Below are positions 1-13,200 of a stretch of DNA of 64,000 nucleotides, in pieces. The stretch lies in assembly GCA_973895155.1 (NCBI GenBank), contig OZ316892.1:12278238-12342237 (forward strand), given 5' to 3'. The notes beneath the pieces are model-generated. The model was not told the DNA's origin. It worked only from the letters and a program-made list of their open reading frames with translations, and ran no database searches. Both the position numbers and the translations under genes were made by a program. Position 1 is the first letter of the stretch. Every line of letters starts with the position of its first letter. Source of the DNA: Marsupella aquatica. Lineage: Eukaryota; Plantae; Marchantiophyta.

Positions 1-658
1 CTCAGAAATCCGTCCGAGGGCTCCCTGCCAACGAGCTGTCCGTGGACTAGTAAATTCTCAAAATCTTTCGGATGCAGACCTAAATACCTTCTCAAAATCC
101 CCCTTTAAACAATTGAGAAATCACCCAATTTCTGAAAAGCCAGATGAGCTACAAAACGAGCTCTCGTCAACGAAATGATCCGGAGAGCGGAATGAATATC
201 ACTGTTCCACAAATTCTGAAAAGCCCGAGCTGGGAACGACCTCTTATCAAGAACACGCAGAACTCCCACTCTCTCGCTCAATTCCACGTCGATATTTTTA
301 TGGATGTGACGAAAGGAGTGAATCACTCAATTCTCGACGGGTTTGCTTGCCCAGGCGGACAAGAGCACCATCGGGGCGCTGGTGGATGCAGGGACGGGAG
401 ACAGGAAGGAGGGGTTCTAGAGAGTGGTGGTGGCTTGATGGACACTCCTCTCATGTGCCCCACACCGCCTCAAAACCAGCGCAGAGACGCCCACCGCAGC
501 AGACCGCCCGACGACGCTAATGCATTAGAGGTCGTTAGATCGATCGGCAGCTTGGTCAGATTGCAAAGCAGCTTCGCTCTCTTCCTCCCTCCCTCCCTCG
601 GTACGTCAACGTGCTTGCTTGCTCTTCCGCGTCGCTCATGGAAAAAAGGGGGCACAGT

Positions 659-1215
659 GTACAGTCACGAGAGTCGACGACGAAAGTGAAAGTTCTCATT
701 GGCTACACCCGACCATGTGTAAGTGCAAACCATGATTAAGTGCAAGACGAGTCGTTTCGGTACAGTCACAAGAGTCGACGACGACAGTGAAAGTTCTCAT
801 GGGCTACATTCGACCATGTGTAAGTGCAAGACAAAGTGCAAGGCGGGTCGTTTTGGTACAGTCACAAGAGTCGACGACGAAAAGTGAAAGTTCTCATGGG
901 CTACATTCGACCATGTGTAAGTGCAAGACAAAGTGCAAGGCGGGTCGTTTTGGTACAGTCACAAGAGTCGACGACGAAAAGTGAAAGTTCTCATGGGCTA
1001 CATTCGACCATGTGTAAGTGCAAGACAAGTCGTTTTGGTAAGTCACAGGAGTCGACGACGAAAATGAAAGTTCTCATAGGCTACATTGGACCATGTGTAA
1101 GTGCAAGGCAAAGTGCAAGACCGGTCGTTTTGGTACAGTCACAAGAGTCTATGACAAAAGTGAAAGTTCTCATTGGCTACATTGGACAAAGTGTAAGTGC
1201 AAGACAAGTCGTTTG
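659..1215. repeat. Tandem minisatellite, ~97-bp unit, ~6 copies
   Basis: Unit GTACAGTCACAAGAGTCGACGACGAAAAGTGAAAGTTCTCATGGGCTACATTCGACCATGTGTAAGTGCAAGACAAAGTGCAAGGCGGGTCGTTTTG starts at about 659, 760, 856, 953, 1038 and 1133. The central copies are near-identical and one unit is shortened by a small deletion. Confidence 0.95.
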
Positions 1216-1319
1216 TCCCAAGTACTAGCCTGATACCAGTTCCTTGGAAATAAGTAGACATGAGTAAAAAGAAAACCTTGCAGTAAAAGGGTTTCCATGC
1301 TAGCACTCAGTTAGAGTCA

Positions 1320-1845
1320 CCAAGAGGTTTCACTCTAGATAGTAGGCACAGAGAGTAACTTTGGACGGTGCTCTCTTAGTTAGATTGTTGTTGTTCACTT
1401 TCAGTCGTGCCTTCTGGTGGAATCACACTTTCAGTTATGCCTTCTGGTAGAGTCAGGGTTTAGAGACTTCACTCTAGACAATAGGCCCAAGAAGTGGCTT
1501 TTGATTGCACTTTTTTTTTCCCCTTTTTTTTTCCCCCTCCTTTTGATTGTGCTTTGTTTTATGTTATTGGTTTTAAGGGAGCAATTGTTGCGTCTTATTT
1601 GCTTTGCTTTGGGGGGCTTTTGGCTTCTTGGTTGCCCCTTGATTGGGTCTTGCGCCTTTGGGATCATGTCTCTTGGTTGTGCACTTTTTGTCTTTTGGCA
1701 GGTCAAATATTTATCTTGTGAGGGGGAGCTAAAATTTGTGTCATGGCCATGGGGTTTTTTGTCTTTGGCAGTTTGAATATCTTACTAATAAAGCTCAATG
1801 CAAAGCTATTTTGAGGGCTATTGTGTAGAGTGAAACCTCTAGACT
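1320..1845. repeat. Dispersed repeat or degraded non-autonomous element with AGAGGTTTCACTCTA motifs
   Basis: AGAGGTTTCACTCTA at ~1323 has its inverted copy TAGAGTGAAACCTCT at ~1826. Segment 1425-1482 matches the reverse complement of 51670-51725. The motif recurs at ~37595, and 1707-1751 is repeated at ~2301-2344. Confidence 0.5.
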
Positions 1846-1919
1846 ATAAGTCACAAAACAAAAAAGTCAAGTGAACAAAAAACAAAGATAGAGCAAAAAT
1901 GAACGGGAGATAGTATACA

Positions 1920-2026
1920 GTCATGTTTATTGCATGATTCTTTATTGTCTTGGTCTCTGTTCATGTTCAAGAAAGTCATGTTTATTGCCTGACTCTTTAT
2001 TGTCTTGGTCTCTATTCATGTTCAAG
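1920..2026. repeat. 55-bp tandem duplication
   Basis: TCATGTTTATTGC.TGA.TCTTTATTGTCTTGGTCTCT.TTCATGTTCAAG occurs twice back to back. Confidence 0.9.
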
Positions 2027-2851
2027 TACTTAGGGGGCCATAATCAAATTAGGGGTGGGGGTCAAAATGGGGATGGAATGGAGTAGTGTAGGAGTAGTGC
2101 ACACATTTGAAAATAGGGTCACTTGTGAAAAGAATCTGTCAAGTAGGGGCTGCCTGTAAAAAGAGTCGACCGTGCTCATTGAGGGTCGAGGGCTATGGTA
2201 AAGGGGTCACATCTTTTTCAATTACTTGAATAATCTTTGGTCAGCTGCTCTAGGGTAGACACTTTTTTATCCTCATTTCTATTCACTCACTAGTCAGGCT
2301 AATATATCTTGTGAGAGGGAGCCAAAAGTTGTGTCATGGACATGTAAACCGGTAAAGTGCAGATGTTTGGCCGGTTTTGACCCCTTGGTGCGGATGCTAT
2401 AAGTTACACCCTAACAACAAAAGTATTATTATTGTACTTGGAATCCAGACACAGTTCCCACTCTCTAGTTTCTAGCTCGGATCACCGATGATGAGAACAT
2501 ACATGTCTATGTGTCTTTGAAACAAAACTGGAGCACGAAGGCAGACATCCACCGGTGCTGCAGAGTGCGGAGTTTTTGAGTTTGGACATGGTTTGGAGAC
2601 AGCCGCCCGGCGGAAGAGCAAGATTTCAGGGTTGAAAATCGAAGAACAACGCGCTGCTGGAGTTCCGTCACGAAGTGATAGTTTGGATTCGTTTCTCGAG
2701 GTTGAGAAATGAGAACGATCGATTGCAAAGAAAAGGTGGAGCGATTTGACGATTGCAAGAACGCTGGACGCATACTTTGCCTAGGGTTTGGGTTGTGAAG
2801 CGCTTGATTGGATTGGGATGAAGAAGTGAAGACCGACACTCTGCTGCCAAA

Positions 2852-4156
2852 ATGTATAATGGAATTGGGCTCACGACTCCCCGAGGGTCGGGGACCAACG
2901 GGTACATTCAGACGAACAAGTTCTTCGTCCGAGCAAGGCCCCTGAAGTCGGAGCTGCGGGAGTTTGGAGAAGGGCAGGGTCAAGGGGGCGTGTCGAGGAA
3001 AGCGAACAGCGCGATATTGGAGCATGATCGAAAGCGGCACATCGAACTTAAGTGTACAGAGCTGGAAGATGAGTTGCTCGAGCAGGGCGTCGGCCTCGAA
3101 GAGATTGCCGAGCGGGTTTTGGCCGAGAGGAATGCTCTCGAGGCTGCCAGCAATGAAGGGGAAGTGGGGGGTCAGGATGATATGAAGTACGGTTATGAAG
3201 ATTTCTTCTTTGTCAACTTCAGCTTGTTCGATAGCCCTCATCTAAGGCCGTGATGTATTTGGCAATGGCATGTATTCGTTGGAGTGCGTTTGTGATCTTT
3301 CCATCTCTAGCAGGGGGCCTGAGCTGTCGAACAAATGGGGCTACTTAGGGGTTTACTGCTCTATCAGTTGATTCTTTTCGTTTTAGCTGTGGCCTATGAG
3401 GACATCTCTGTAAATTTCACCTAGTGTGTGGGGTGGTCACGTCCTCTCTCTAACCATAGGGTCCGTATAGGGGCCCAAGAGTTCCAAGTCCTCTCTCTGG
3501 CCCCTTCTCCCGATCCCGAAAGGTCCTGACGGCTCCTCATTGGGCTTTGTCTGAGCAAGTTTTAAAAACTGGAAAACAAAGTGGTAGCATATGTATGCAT
3601 TGAAAGTTAACGAATGACTTCTGTCTAGTGAATCCTGCAAAATAGCTGTTAAATGTGTGGGATCTTACCTTTTTTGGTCTTGCTTTGCAGGACATCTGTA
3701 ACTCAGACCCATCAAGTTGCTGCAAAGAAGGAGAAGCAGTTGGACATAATGAAAGCAGCATTAGGGCTGGACGAGATTAAAGAAGGGGAGGCTTTTGACC
3801 GAGAACTGCAAGAGCAACGTAAGCAAGACAGGATTATGGCCAGAGAGGAAAAGGAAAGGGAGCGGAAAGAGAAGCAGCTTGAAATTGAGAAGGAGGCGCG
3901 GGCTCGAGAGAAAGAGCTTAAGAGGAAAGAGAAAGAAGAAAAGAAGCAGAAGGAACGAGAAGAGAAGGAGATTCGTAGGCAAGAGGAAAAGGAGCGCCGC
4001 CGAAAGGAAGAGGCTGCCTTGCGAGAAGCTGAAGAGGAGCGGAGAGCTGCTAAACGGAAGAGAAGGGATAGGGAGGACAGGGGTAGAGATAGAGGGAGAG
4101 AACGAGAACGAGATCGAGATAAAGATAGAGAGAGGGATACGGACAGGGATCGGTAG
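2852..4156 (+). CDS. CWC21: cwf21-domain pre-mRNA splicing factor (CWC21/SRRM2 N-terminal family), ~266 aa
   Basis: N-terminus MYNGIGLTTPRGSGTNGYIQTNKF and ILEHDRKRHIELKC..LEDEL.EQG are cwf21 hallmarks. Exons 2852-3186 and 3691-4156 flank a GTACGG...TTGCAG intron with consistent phase (AA|G = Lys). Exon 2 encodes TQTHQVAAKKEKQL..MKAALGL and a K/E/R/D-rich coiled tail. Confidence 0.93.
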
Positions 4157-6130
4157 ACTATGGTTGGAGGGGTCGTTGGGCCAAATAATGATATACAGAC
4201 TGAAATCTCTTTTACTGTATTGAGCGGGAATTGAGACTGTTGGTTTTTGTCCTCAACGGTGTGAATAGTAGTGGCTCCATTCAATCACCGTTTTCCTGTT
4301 TTAATCCACAACCATGTCGTTTAAGCTCTGCCGGGTATTATCTGTTGCAGAAAGGAAGGGGTCTGCGATAAACGCTGGAGTTGCAAGAAAGTTGCAACCT
4401 CAGTCCTCGCACGAGTTCTGCAGCCTAGTCTCTGAGTTGTTTAGATATAGGTTACTGGGTTGAATGCCCCTGCCCTTTTCGAGCAGTCGTTTGCTCTCAA
4501 GTAAAACGAAGTCATATCACGTTTGCAAGTTATCCGTAAACGATCACAACCGGGCAGGAAGACGTGAAACACATTTGCTCGGAGGTAGGCATGTGTCCTA
4601 GCCCTTGAATCAGAGACTTATGGGCCTGCTATCTATTTCTGAACGCTTCCTTGTAGAAATATTCTCTTGACTCAAGGCACAAACTAAAATTTGATTCCTC
4701 TCACCTCGAGCAATCACTTGCATTTTATGCTGGTACGGTATCAGCCAGTTTTCCATATCTGATCGTGGGTTGTGGTGCCGACAGAGGAAGCCCAGAGCAC
4801 CTGAGTTAAATCAGAAGAAGAGAAGGAAAGCACTTTGGGTGGATCGCTGGTTAAGTCCAGCACGGGTGAAGGCAAGGATCAAATTGATTACTCAAGGCAT
4901 ATGTTAATCTCTTGTTGGTTAGATGCTCGGTTGGGAATAGGATATTGTCGATTGTGAGCTCTTTTCTGGGATTATGACCTGATGATATCTTCGGATTGGT
5001 CACAATAGCGAATTTTCATTGGAAACTCCCGAGTCTCAGTCTCTGGTTCCATCGATCACAATAAATGTGGTGGTTCGTTTTGGAGCCCCAATATGCCTGC
5101 GTTTGTGTTCTGTCCCGCACCTTTCTGTCCATTTTTCCTTGACAGGAAGCACTCTACTCTGCTCTCAAGTTTCCTTGAAGTGTTTTCCTGTCAATCAACG
5201 AACGAGGGGAAGGTTTTAAACTCATACGGTGATATAGCACAGTGGCTCCATTGTGGCTTTTGTAAGTCGGGGTCACTTTTAGCCGGCACTACAAAGACTT
5301 GGGTCAGAATGATCTCTTGAGACGTAGGACGATTAGTATTGTAGGCAGATGAGGAGACGTCTTCTCGCGGTCCTTTTCGGTTTCTGCAGGCTTTATCGAT
5401 CGTTCTCCTCATGGCGATTTTTCAAATGTCTTTGGTGTTTTACTAACTTTTAACTCTGAGAATGTGGACTTTGGATCTATACATTAGGGGCGCTTTAGAG
5501 TTATTTTGCATGTGTTTGGCCCTAAACCGGTTTTCTGGGAGCATGTTATAGAGAAAATTGTGCCTGAATGACCTCATATGCTAGGCCCAACGATTTCCTA
5601 AAGTGGAAAACTGAAGCCAAGGTCAAAATATGTTCCTGCATTGGAGTCACTACCTTTGAAGAAAGAAGACAAGACATCTTGTGGTCCTGTACTTATCTCG
5701 GAAGTTGCGTGAGTTTAATGGGTCGTTTTTTTAGGGCTACCTACATGCAAGATAGCTCTGACATAAAGTTCGAGGCACAAATTTCTCATTTTATAGCAAA
5801 GGTGAAGGCCATATAATTCTCTAAGCTTGGAATACCTGGGCCAAATAGAATGGACCAAACGAGAAATGCACCAAAAAAGAAACTTCTCCACATCAGCAAA
5901 GCCAGGGCCTCCCTATGATGTCACTAAGATGGGCAATCGTTTACCAACTGTACCCCGATGTTAAGTGAAGTGAGGTCTGACCTGTTTTCATACTTTAGTG
6001 GTTAGAATTACTAACTCTTGAGTTATATGTACAGTGAAGTCTCTCATTATTTGAATGGTTAGAATTATGTGAGACACAAGAAAAGAGACCCCTTCGCTTC
6101 CATCTTTTCATTTCGCTTTCATCCTCAGCA

Positions 6131-6247
6131 CACCATTGCATTTTGCGATTTTGCTTATGACTAATAGGACGTCTCCAACCTTTAGGTCACACCATTGGAT
6201 TTTGAGATTTTGCTCATTACTAGTAGGGCGTCTCCAACCTTTAGGTC
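6131..6247. repeat. 59-bp tandem duplication
   Basis: CACCATTG.ATTTTG.GATTTTGCT.AT.ACTA.TAGG.CGTCTCCAACCTTTAGGTC occurs twice. Confidence 0.85.
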
Positions 6248-7213
6248 TGTGAGAAGATCCTTTAGGTCTACGAAAAGATCCCTAGCCCAAAAGTACCAGT
6301 TCCAGTCTGCTGTCACAAGTGTGTGGACAAGCTTTTTGGTGTCCATCACTTTAGTTCCGGGAAAACTAAAATGACCATGCCCGGAGGCAAAACTCAGGGG
6401 TTTGGAAAAATTAATAGATGGGTTTCCACTGACAGACCATGAACGATGTCCAGTTCTGCACGGAAGTCCCACTGCAACCAAATGACTCATCCTGACAAAT
6501 TCCGTTGCAGTCAAATACTATATTTCTTTGGTACATCCTCATCCATTGATCAAACGTGGTAGTCCACTTGCACATCCAACTTCATAACTGGTGAATATTT
6601 TCTTTCAATCTAAATTAAAAAAGCAGCTGTGTTTCCAATAGGATGATTTTTTGCCGTTTTGAACATCTTAGGTATCTGCGACTTGCACTAAATATGAATT
6701 TTGAGAGCTAACGACTTCAAAAATAAATAGTATGGGGTTTGGTCAAACACAAACAGAGTATGCACGTAGCCAAGAATTTACAAAAAAAAGGGCCAAACAA
6801 AGTACAATGAAGGCAAAGCAAAAGAGGTCCACCTCGGCCAAACACCAAACACTAAACAGAGGGCTCGGAACATCGAAATCTTAGCTTACAATAAATATTC
6901 ATTGTGATACTTACCTACTAAGTCAGCTTGCTTTTGTACGAGATGGGAACCAGCCGTGACAAATCGAAGTCTCTTGGTTAAACTTCAGGCAGGAAACTGA
7001 TCGCAACATTCTCTAGGCCCTTTAGAAATGAGGATTAATGGCATTCTGCGCATGTATCATTGAAACTAAGAGATAATATACAAAAAATACTCAATTGAAA
7101 TTGCACTATCTCGGTGACTATTCAGCAGGAGATTCAAAGCATCTAAGAATGGTCTACATTCCGTCACTGCGGCGACACTATACGGAGCCCAGTAAGCCAA
7201 CTTCTGATGGAAT

Positions 7214-10200
7214 CTAAATCATCTCATGGAACCGTGCCAGTGCCTTTTTCTGAATCACAACCCGATAAGTGTCACCAGGTTGTGTTTCAAAACGAGAATC
7301 CAATTTCCGCTGGCTTGCGCTTCCCAATCCGGCCCTTTCCCCCGTTCCCTGCGCTTGAACTGGTTCTACAATCCCTGTACCTCCTTTGCCGAGGCCCTGC
7401 ATTTGACACAATTCAAAAATTATAAGCTATCCGTACTTTTGAACCGCACTGGTAGAAAACAATTGCGTGAAAAGGCTCAACAATTCAGTATTGCACGGGA
7501 TTAGCAGACATAAAGTTGATCACTAGCAGACACAAGAGTGCAATGCATGACCGTAAACAAGTTGAAACTTACCAAACCTTCTTGCCAGCCCATGTTGCGC
7601 AGCATACGATTGCCTACATTCCTTTCATCTATGGCTTTCTCTGCTGTGACAACTTCGAAGGACTGAGCTTCTGGACCAGCTAATGCTCCATTTGCACCCG
7701 ACTTGGCTCCAACACCGGGAGGGAAAGGCATGTCCAATGCGCGACCTTTTACCCCAAGACCTGGATAAGACGAAATACATATTGCTACAAAATGAGACAG
7801 CGATACAGTCCGAGATTCCTCCACTTACACCCACACAGCCTTTGGGTGCTCTCTTTGTTACGGAATGGACTGCATAACTTCCAGTCCCAGTTAATCTCCC
7901 TTAAGGATCAAATGGTACATTGATACCAATACCACAAAGAGCACCGTATTAAGAAATCGACAGCAAATGTCAATATTGATCATATTTCAAGAGGAGAGAG
8001 CGACTTCAAATGTCCAATGCAGGAAATCAACAACCCTCCTGATCCCCCCTTTCCTTGCAAACTGGGTGCCGGTTAGAGAAATCGAAGCAAAGACAATAAT
8101 TAATAATAAACTATCAATCATTTTCTGTCACAAGAGAGGTTTGGTCTTAAAGTTCTAAGACCCAACCAAATATATCTATTATCTTTCAGAGCCCCAATTC
8201 ATTGCCCTGCAGAAACAATCACTCAACTAATAGCAAAAACTCCCGAGCTATGCCGTACCAATAATTTCTTAACTTCGAAATATTTTAGTAATCTTGACTT
8301 CTTGATATCATGAGCAGACAACTCCATCTAAGATATGCATCTAAGATATGATGCAACAGGCATCGAGTTTCACGTCATTTTAATTACTGATACAAACACT
8401 ACAGACCCAAGGGAAAGAGGAACAAAACTAGGTTATCTTCAAGAAGGAACTTTGTGTCTACTATCTTACAACAGAGTGCTTATCTCCAATTGACTCGAGC
8501 ACTTTGCAGAAGCATACCTTTCTCTCTTAGATCGACCTCCACCGAGTTATCACCCGGCACTGCAGAGCCATACAAGTTCCTTCGTTCTGCAGCTCTATCT
8601 CTGTACCCTGTCTGAGGAGTCTCCGTAAACCTCCGTTTCGTGCCTGCCATGGGACCGTATGAACCAAGCGCTGATGCATTAGTTTTGAAAGGCGTTGCAT
8701 TCACCGGGTCGGACGGTCGGACGGTGGTCAAGGGACCTCCAGTTTCCATACTTCCTCTACCGGCTTCTTTTGTAGAGCCTCTCCCATGTCCTCCAATGGA
8801 CACATTAAATGTGCCCATACCGGTAGTTGTTGCCTTAGTATCGCTGTTCATGCTGCTATTACCACTGACAATCGGCTTACCCCTTCCAGTACCTACAGAG
8901 GTATGAACTACTCCAGCATAGGGGCTACCTCCACGCCCTAGAGATGACCCCCAACTATCCTTAACAAGATTCCCCAGCTTGGATTTTGAACTGCTTGTCT
9001 GATGACTAGCAATGCCGCCGTAGGTTGCCGTGGTGGCAGGAATTGTGTCTCTCTGAACGTCCGAGGCAGCCGGGGCAGGTGCTAAAGAGCTAGCATCATT
9101 AGCAGGCCCTGGGATTGCTTGGGTCTCCGACTGCCGTTGTTTCCACTGATTCATTGCATTGCTGATCTTCTTCTTACTTACCATGAGGGGTCCCTTACCT
9201 GCTACCCGACTTTCCTTCTCTTTTTCCTTCATTCTCTCTTTCTCTTTCTTTGCTGCAACCTGAGCTGCTACAGCAGCGGCTGTCACAGCTTCAGCTAAAG
9301 TAGGTTTTTTCTCCATTACTTCTAATGACACTGACGCAGGTGCGGAAATAACAGCCTTAGAATTAACATTCCCGTCAGCGGTGTTGTCGACATTAGGTTT
9401 GGTCGAGTCTGGGACCCCATCTGCTGTGTTCTCCGTCACGGGATCAACATACTGTGCATATTGTTGTGTCTCCTGGTCATATGTATACCATAATCCCGCG
9501 TTTCCATCATAGTAGAGTCCTGAACAAGTAAGAAACATGAGCTTAGAACAAGCTCCTTGAAGATAGCTTGGTAAAAGCCCAGAACAATTTCATAGGGTAG
9601 TATATATTTAACAAGCCAAACCTTACCGCGGTGTCCATCGTAGTAGAAACCAGATGCTGCATCGTAGTAGTACCCTGATGCCTCATCCCACACAAAACCA
9701 GATTGGGGAGCTTCAGCGTCTTCTGAAGTGCCTGATTTGTTTGCCTCGGAGCCAGGCGCGTCAGTATTACCCGCATGTGGAGAACCTTTTCTATGTCCTT
9801 TCTCCCCTTCCTTGCGAACCGTCACTGGTTTACTTCGATGATTAGCACCAGGGGTGTAGACACTACTCACATCTTGATCAGGATTGTACTCCTTTGGTGC
9901 CCACCCTGTATTATCATACTGCATGAGCACAAAACATAAGTTTCTCTTTCTCATCCCTCAGTTGAGAATAAAGTTGTCAATTCATCCACAAGTTGCAGAT
10001 GATGCGACCTGTAGGGAATGAGAGCAAGAATCCTTCATTAAAGAGTCTGTTTGTCTCCATTGAAAAAACTAGAGCATACAAACGGATGACTCAGCACGAA
10101 AGTAAAAGCTTTGCCAGGTCATGATAAGACCAAGCAATGCACCAATTGTCATATAATCATGAGTTTGAGAAGAGCGTGTAGAGACTACAAACATGGCCGT

Positions 10201-13200
10201 AACCTCATAAGTGACCAGTCAATTTGAGTCTAGCCCTAGACGGTAGTCTTACAGGCCTGAGATCAAATGCGGGCGGCACTCTAAGCCATCCCTCCTCACC
10301 AAAGTAGAAAGTAATCTAACCTCCACTAGACAATGCTTCCTTCACTCTGACAGAATGATCAAAAGGTCATTAATCGACTAGGAATACCAGACAGCCCCAG
10401 CACAGCTGCAACAGCTGACTAACTATGCTCTACTACTTGACAGATGTTTCACTTGTTAGTGCCAGGCACTAGAGGAATCCTTAATGAGTGGAATAGGCCA
10501 CTGTCAAGCCCATTCCATGGATAGGAGACTGCCATTCGGAAGACTACGACAGGCTTCGACAGGCTGATTTTCATCAATGTATGAGTTTCGCTGATTGCAA
10601 TAAAGGGAAAAAGCAAAAAGAGAGAGGACCAATCAAATGGCTTGGTCAACGGACAAAACCTGCAGTGCAAAACTTGCGGCCTCAATAGCAGCGGCAGCAG
10701 CCTGACTTCCTTGCGAAGGAGTAGCACCAGGGCCTGATGATCCCGGACCATAAATACTCTTCGCAAATGCCACACGAAGTAGCTGCCCATTTTTCTCAAG
10801 TGCTGTTCCATTGCTGGCTTCCAATGCCTTGGTTGCCTCTTGCACCTGACAACGATGATACGGGTTACGATATTGCTTTTTACATTATGAGATCTTCATG
10901 GCGAAACTCAATAAAACTCCAGGTTAAAAATAACTTGACTAAGCGCTCTGCAAACAATTTCTTCTGCCCCGTTTAGACAATCTATACACCCACCAAGCAA
11001 CTCACTGAATTCCAGACGGCAGAGTGCACAATCAAATAGTGTACCGTGTTGAAATGTATGAACGCAAACCCTCGAGACACCTGAGTAAACTTATCTCGGA
11101 CCAGCCGCAAATCCTGTGCACTAACAATAATGTCACCTCAGTTCGGAACTTGATAGCTCTCTCTAACATGAACTTGTCCTCCAAATACAAATCTAGATAC
11201 ACTTCAATGCAAAGAGTGATAATAACCCCAGACACCCACTCGTTCAGAGGTGCAAGGCTTGAACTGTAAGCAAATGCCATCCCTCAACATCATCTAAGAG
11301 AGCCAGCTTAGAAAGGACCTTGATAGGAGCATGTTTCGAGAATTCAAAACGTAAAATTTCCTCATCAATATTGTCATCCAAGCCACGTACAACCAGAACG
11401 TGAGTCGGCCCTGCAACAAGCAAAATCGAATTAATGAACTCTTCCAATATCATCCTGGCAAAGGGACAAGACAATTTGAATGCTCGTTACATTGTAGAGC
11501 ACAAATCTATCCCACGGTAAAGTATTATCTGTACCAAATCGCAATATACTCTGCAACTCTGATTGCAAGTTGAAATGGTTCAAGCGCTAGAACCACAACA
11601 ATGGCGTCCTTTATTAATCATGCTACGGCTAGCATCCTCATTCAGTGGCGACTCGAGTTCAGTACCGATTCTTGGATCCCGTTCCGCAAAGCTATCTAAG
11701 GTTTACACGTACACTTTAAATCACAGAGCTTGCCTGCAACTGACTTCCGGGATCCATACGGCCAACAGGCTCCTCTGAGAAAACGAAGCTTTCGATTCTT
11801 GAGCTGAGCCCCAAATTGACAAAGCTTCCATTTCAAAGCATCCAAACCATGATCTGTGTAGACTTAACTGTCATTGTTAGCTTTCGCTTGCCTTGTAATT
11901 TCTAAGCTGTCCTCTTGGATACCCATCCACATCTGCTGCTGGCTAGGCATTAGGGTCTCGGCTTACTCTCATTGTGATAAGACAAAATTTTCCTAATAAT
12001 GCAACCAAGTTTTGGTTACTTGGTACCCTATCCTTAATCATCGCGACCCTTGTTACCGAGAAACTTTCGACCACAACAGGTCCTTAACCCGTAGAAACGA
12101 AAAAATATCAGATGGAGAGGCACGGACACAGGAAGAGGATCACTTCTTGACGACATAAAAGAGCAGAACCAACCTGCTTCGGAGCTCCTCCTCCCTCCAG
12201 ATGCTGGAACTGTTGAAACTGGCACATCAGCTGCAGGAGCATCGTCGGCCCTCCCCTCGTTGCACTGCAAGCACAGCAGGCAGATTAACAAATTGAAAAT
12301 TCAACCTTTCACACATTCCCGTAACCAAGATACCAGAAATGGAAACACCAAAACAAAGGAAAAAGATCTCACCTGGAAGCAAAGAGTGCGACGTGCAAAG
12401 TTCACACATCCACAAACGGTACACATCCAATCTGCACCAACCCCTGTCACACTTCTGGAAGATCCTCCCCTTCCACTGCCCCCTCCTTGTGGGGTTCCTA
12501 ATCCTCCCGTTGGCTTGCTACTGCAGGGACAACAAGTTAACGGCACATGTCAGTCTCCAAATGCCACAAGCACGTTGACAACTGGCGCCAGTACTATGTA
12601 GAACTAACCATGAAGAGACAAGGAAATGAACGTACAATACACTCTTGCTTTCTCAAGAAAATCTTGCAATTTATCATTCCAGTGAACTTTATCATTCCAG
12701 TGAACACTGCTACCGCATGAACGTCAAATCTTAGGTAACCCGCAGGCCGAGTGAGATACAGGAGTCTAAGGTGGCTCAAAACCTGCTTATAAGAGCCAGT
12801 AAAGAAACTATGGAAGAAACTACGCATACCTATACTCAAAAAAAAGGCGGCGGCCATCTACAACCAAACCATCGTACCCAACACCATCCATCATTTTCTG
12901 GGCAGCCTCCTGCAACCAACGCACATAATATTGGTCAGATGAAGCTCGTTATCACCATCCCTGAAGGAAGTGATATATCTTGTGTACCCAGAAAATGATG
13001 ACTGCCTTTCATATGAAATGATGCAATACAACTCCTTCCGCAGTCCAAAATCATCAGGATTCAACATAAAGTCGGTAATCGTCTGAAGGAAAAAGACAGT
13101 GCTACATTCGAGCGATGACACTAAGAGAGAAACTCCACTGCGAAATCATGCAACATCAAGAACTAGAAGTAGAACTGAGCCCTCCAAATCTACATGTTGA

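Noticed and set aside
144-689. 181-aa ORF at the window start
   Set aside because: No recognisable domain; it runs into the tandem array and lies in repeat-like DNA.
659-1215. CRISPR-like array or repeat-protein ORFs (787-984, 824-1228)
   Set aside because: Whole units repeat with no unique spacers, there are no cas genes, and the context is eukaryotic. The 97-bp unit is not a multiple of 3, so the ORFs are by-products.
2507-4284. Minus-strand ORFs 2507-3241 and 3712-4284
   Set aside because: They are antisense shadows of CWC21 exons with low-complexity Ser/Phe/Leu content.
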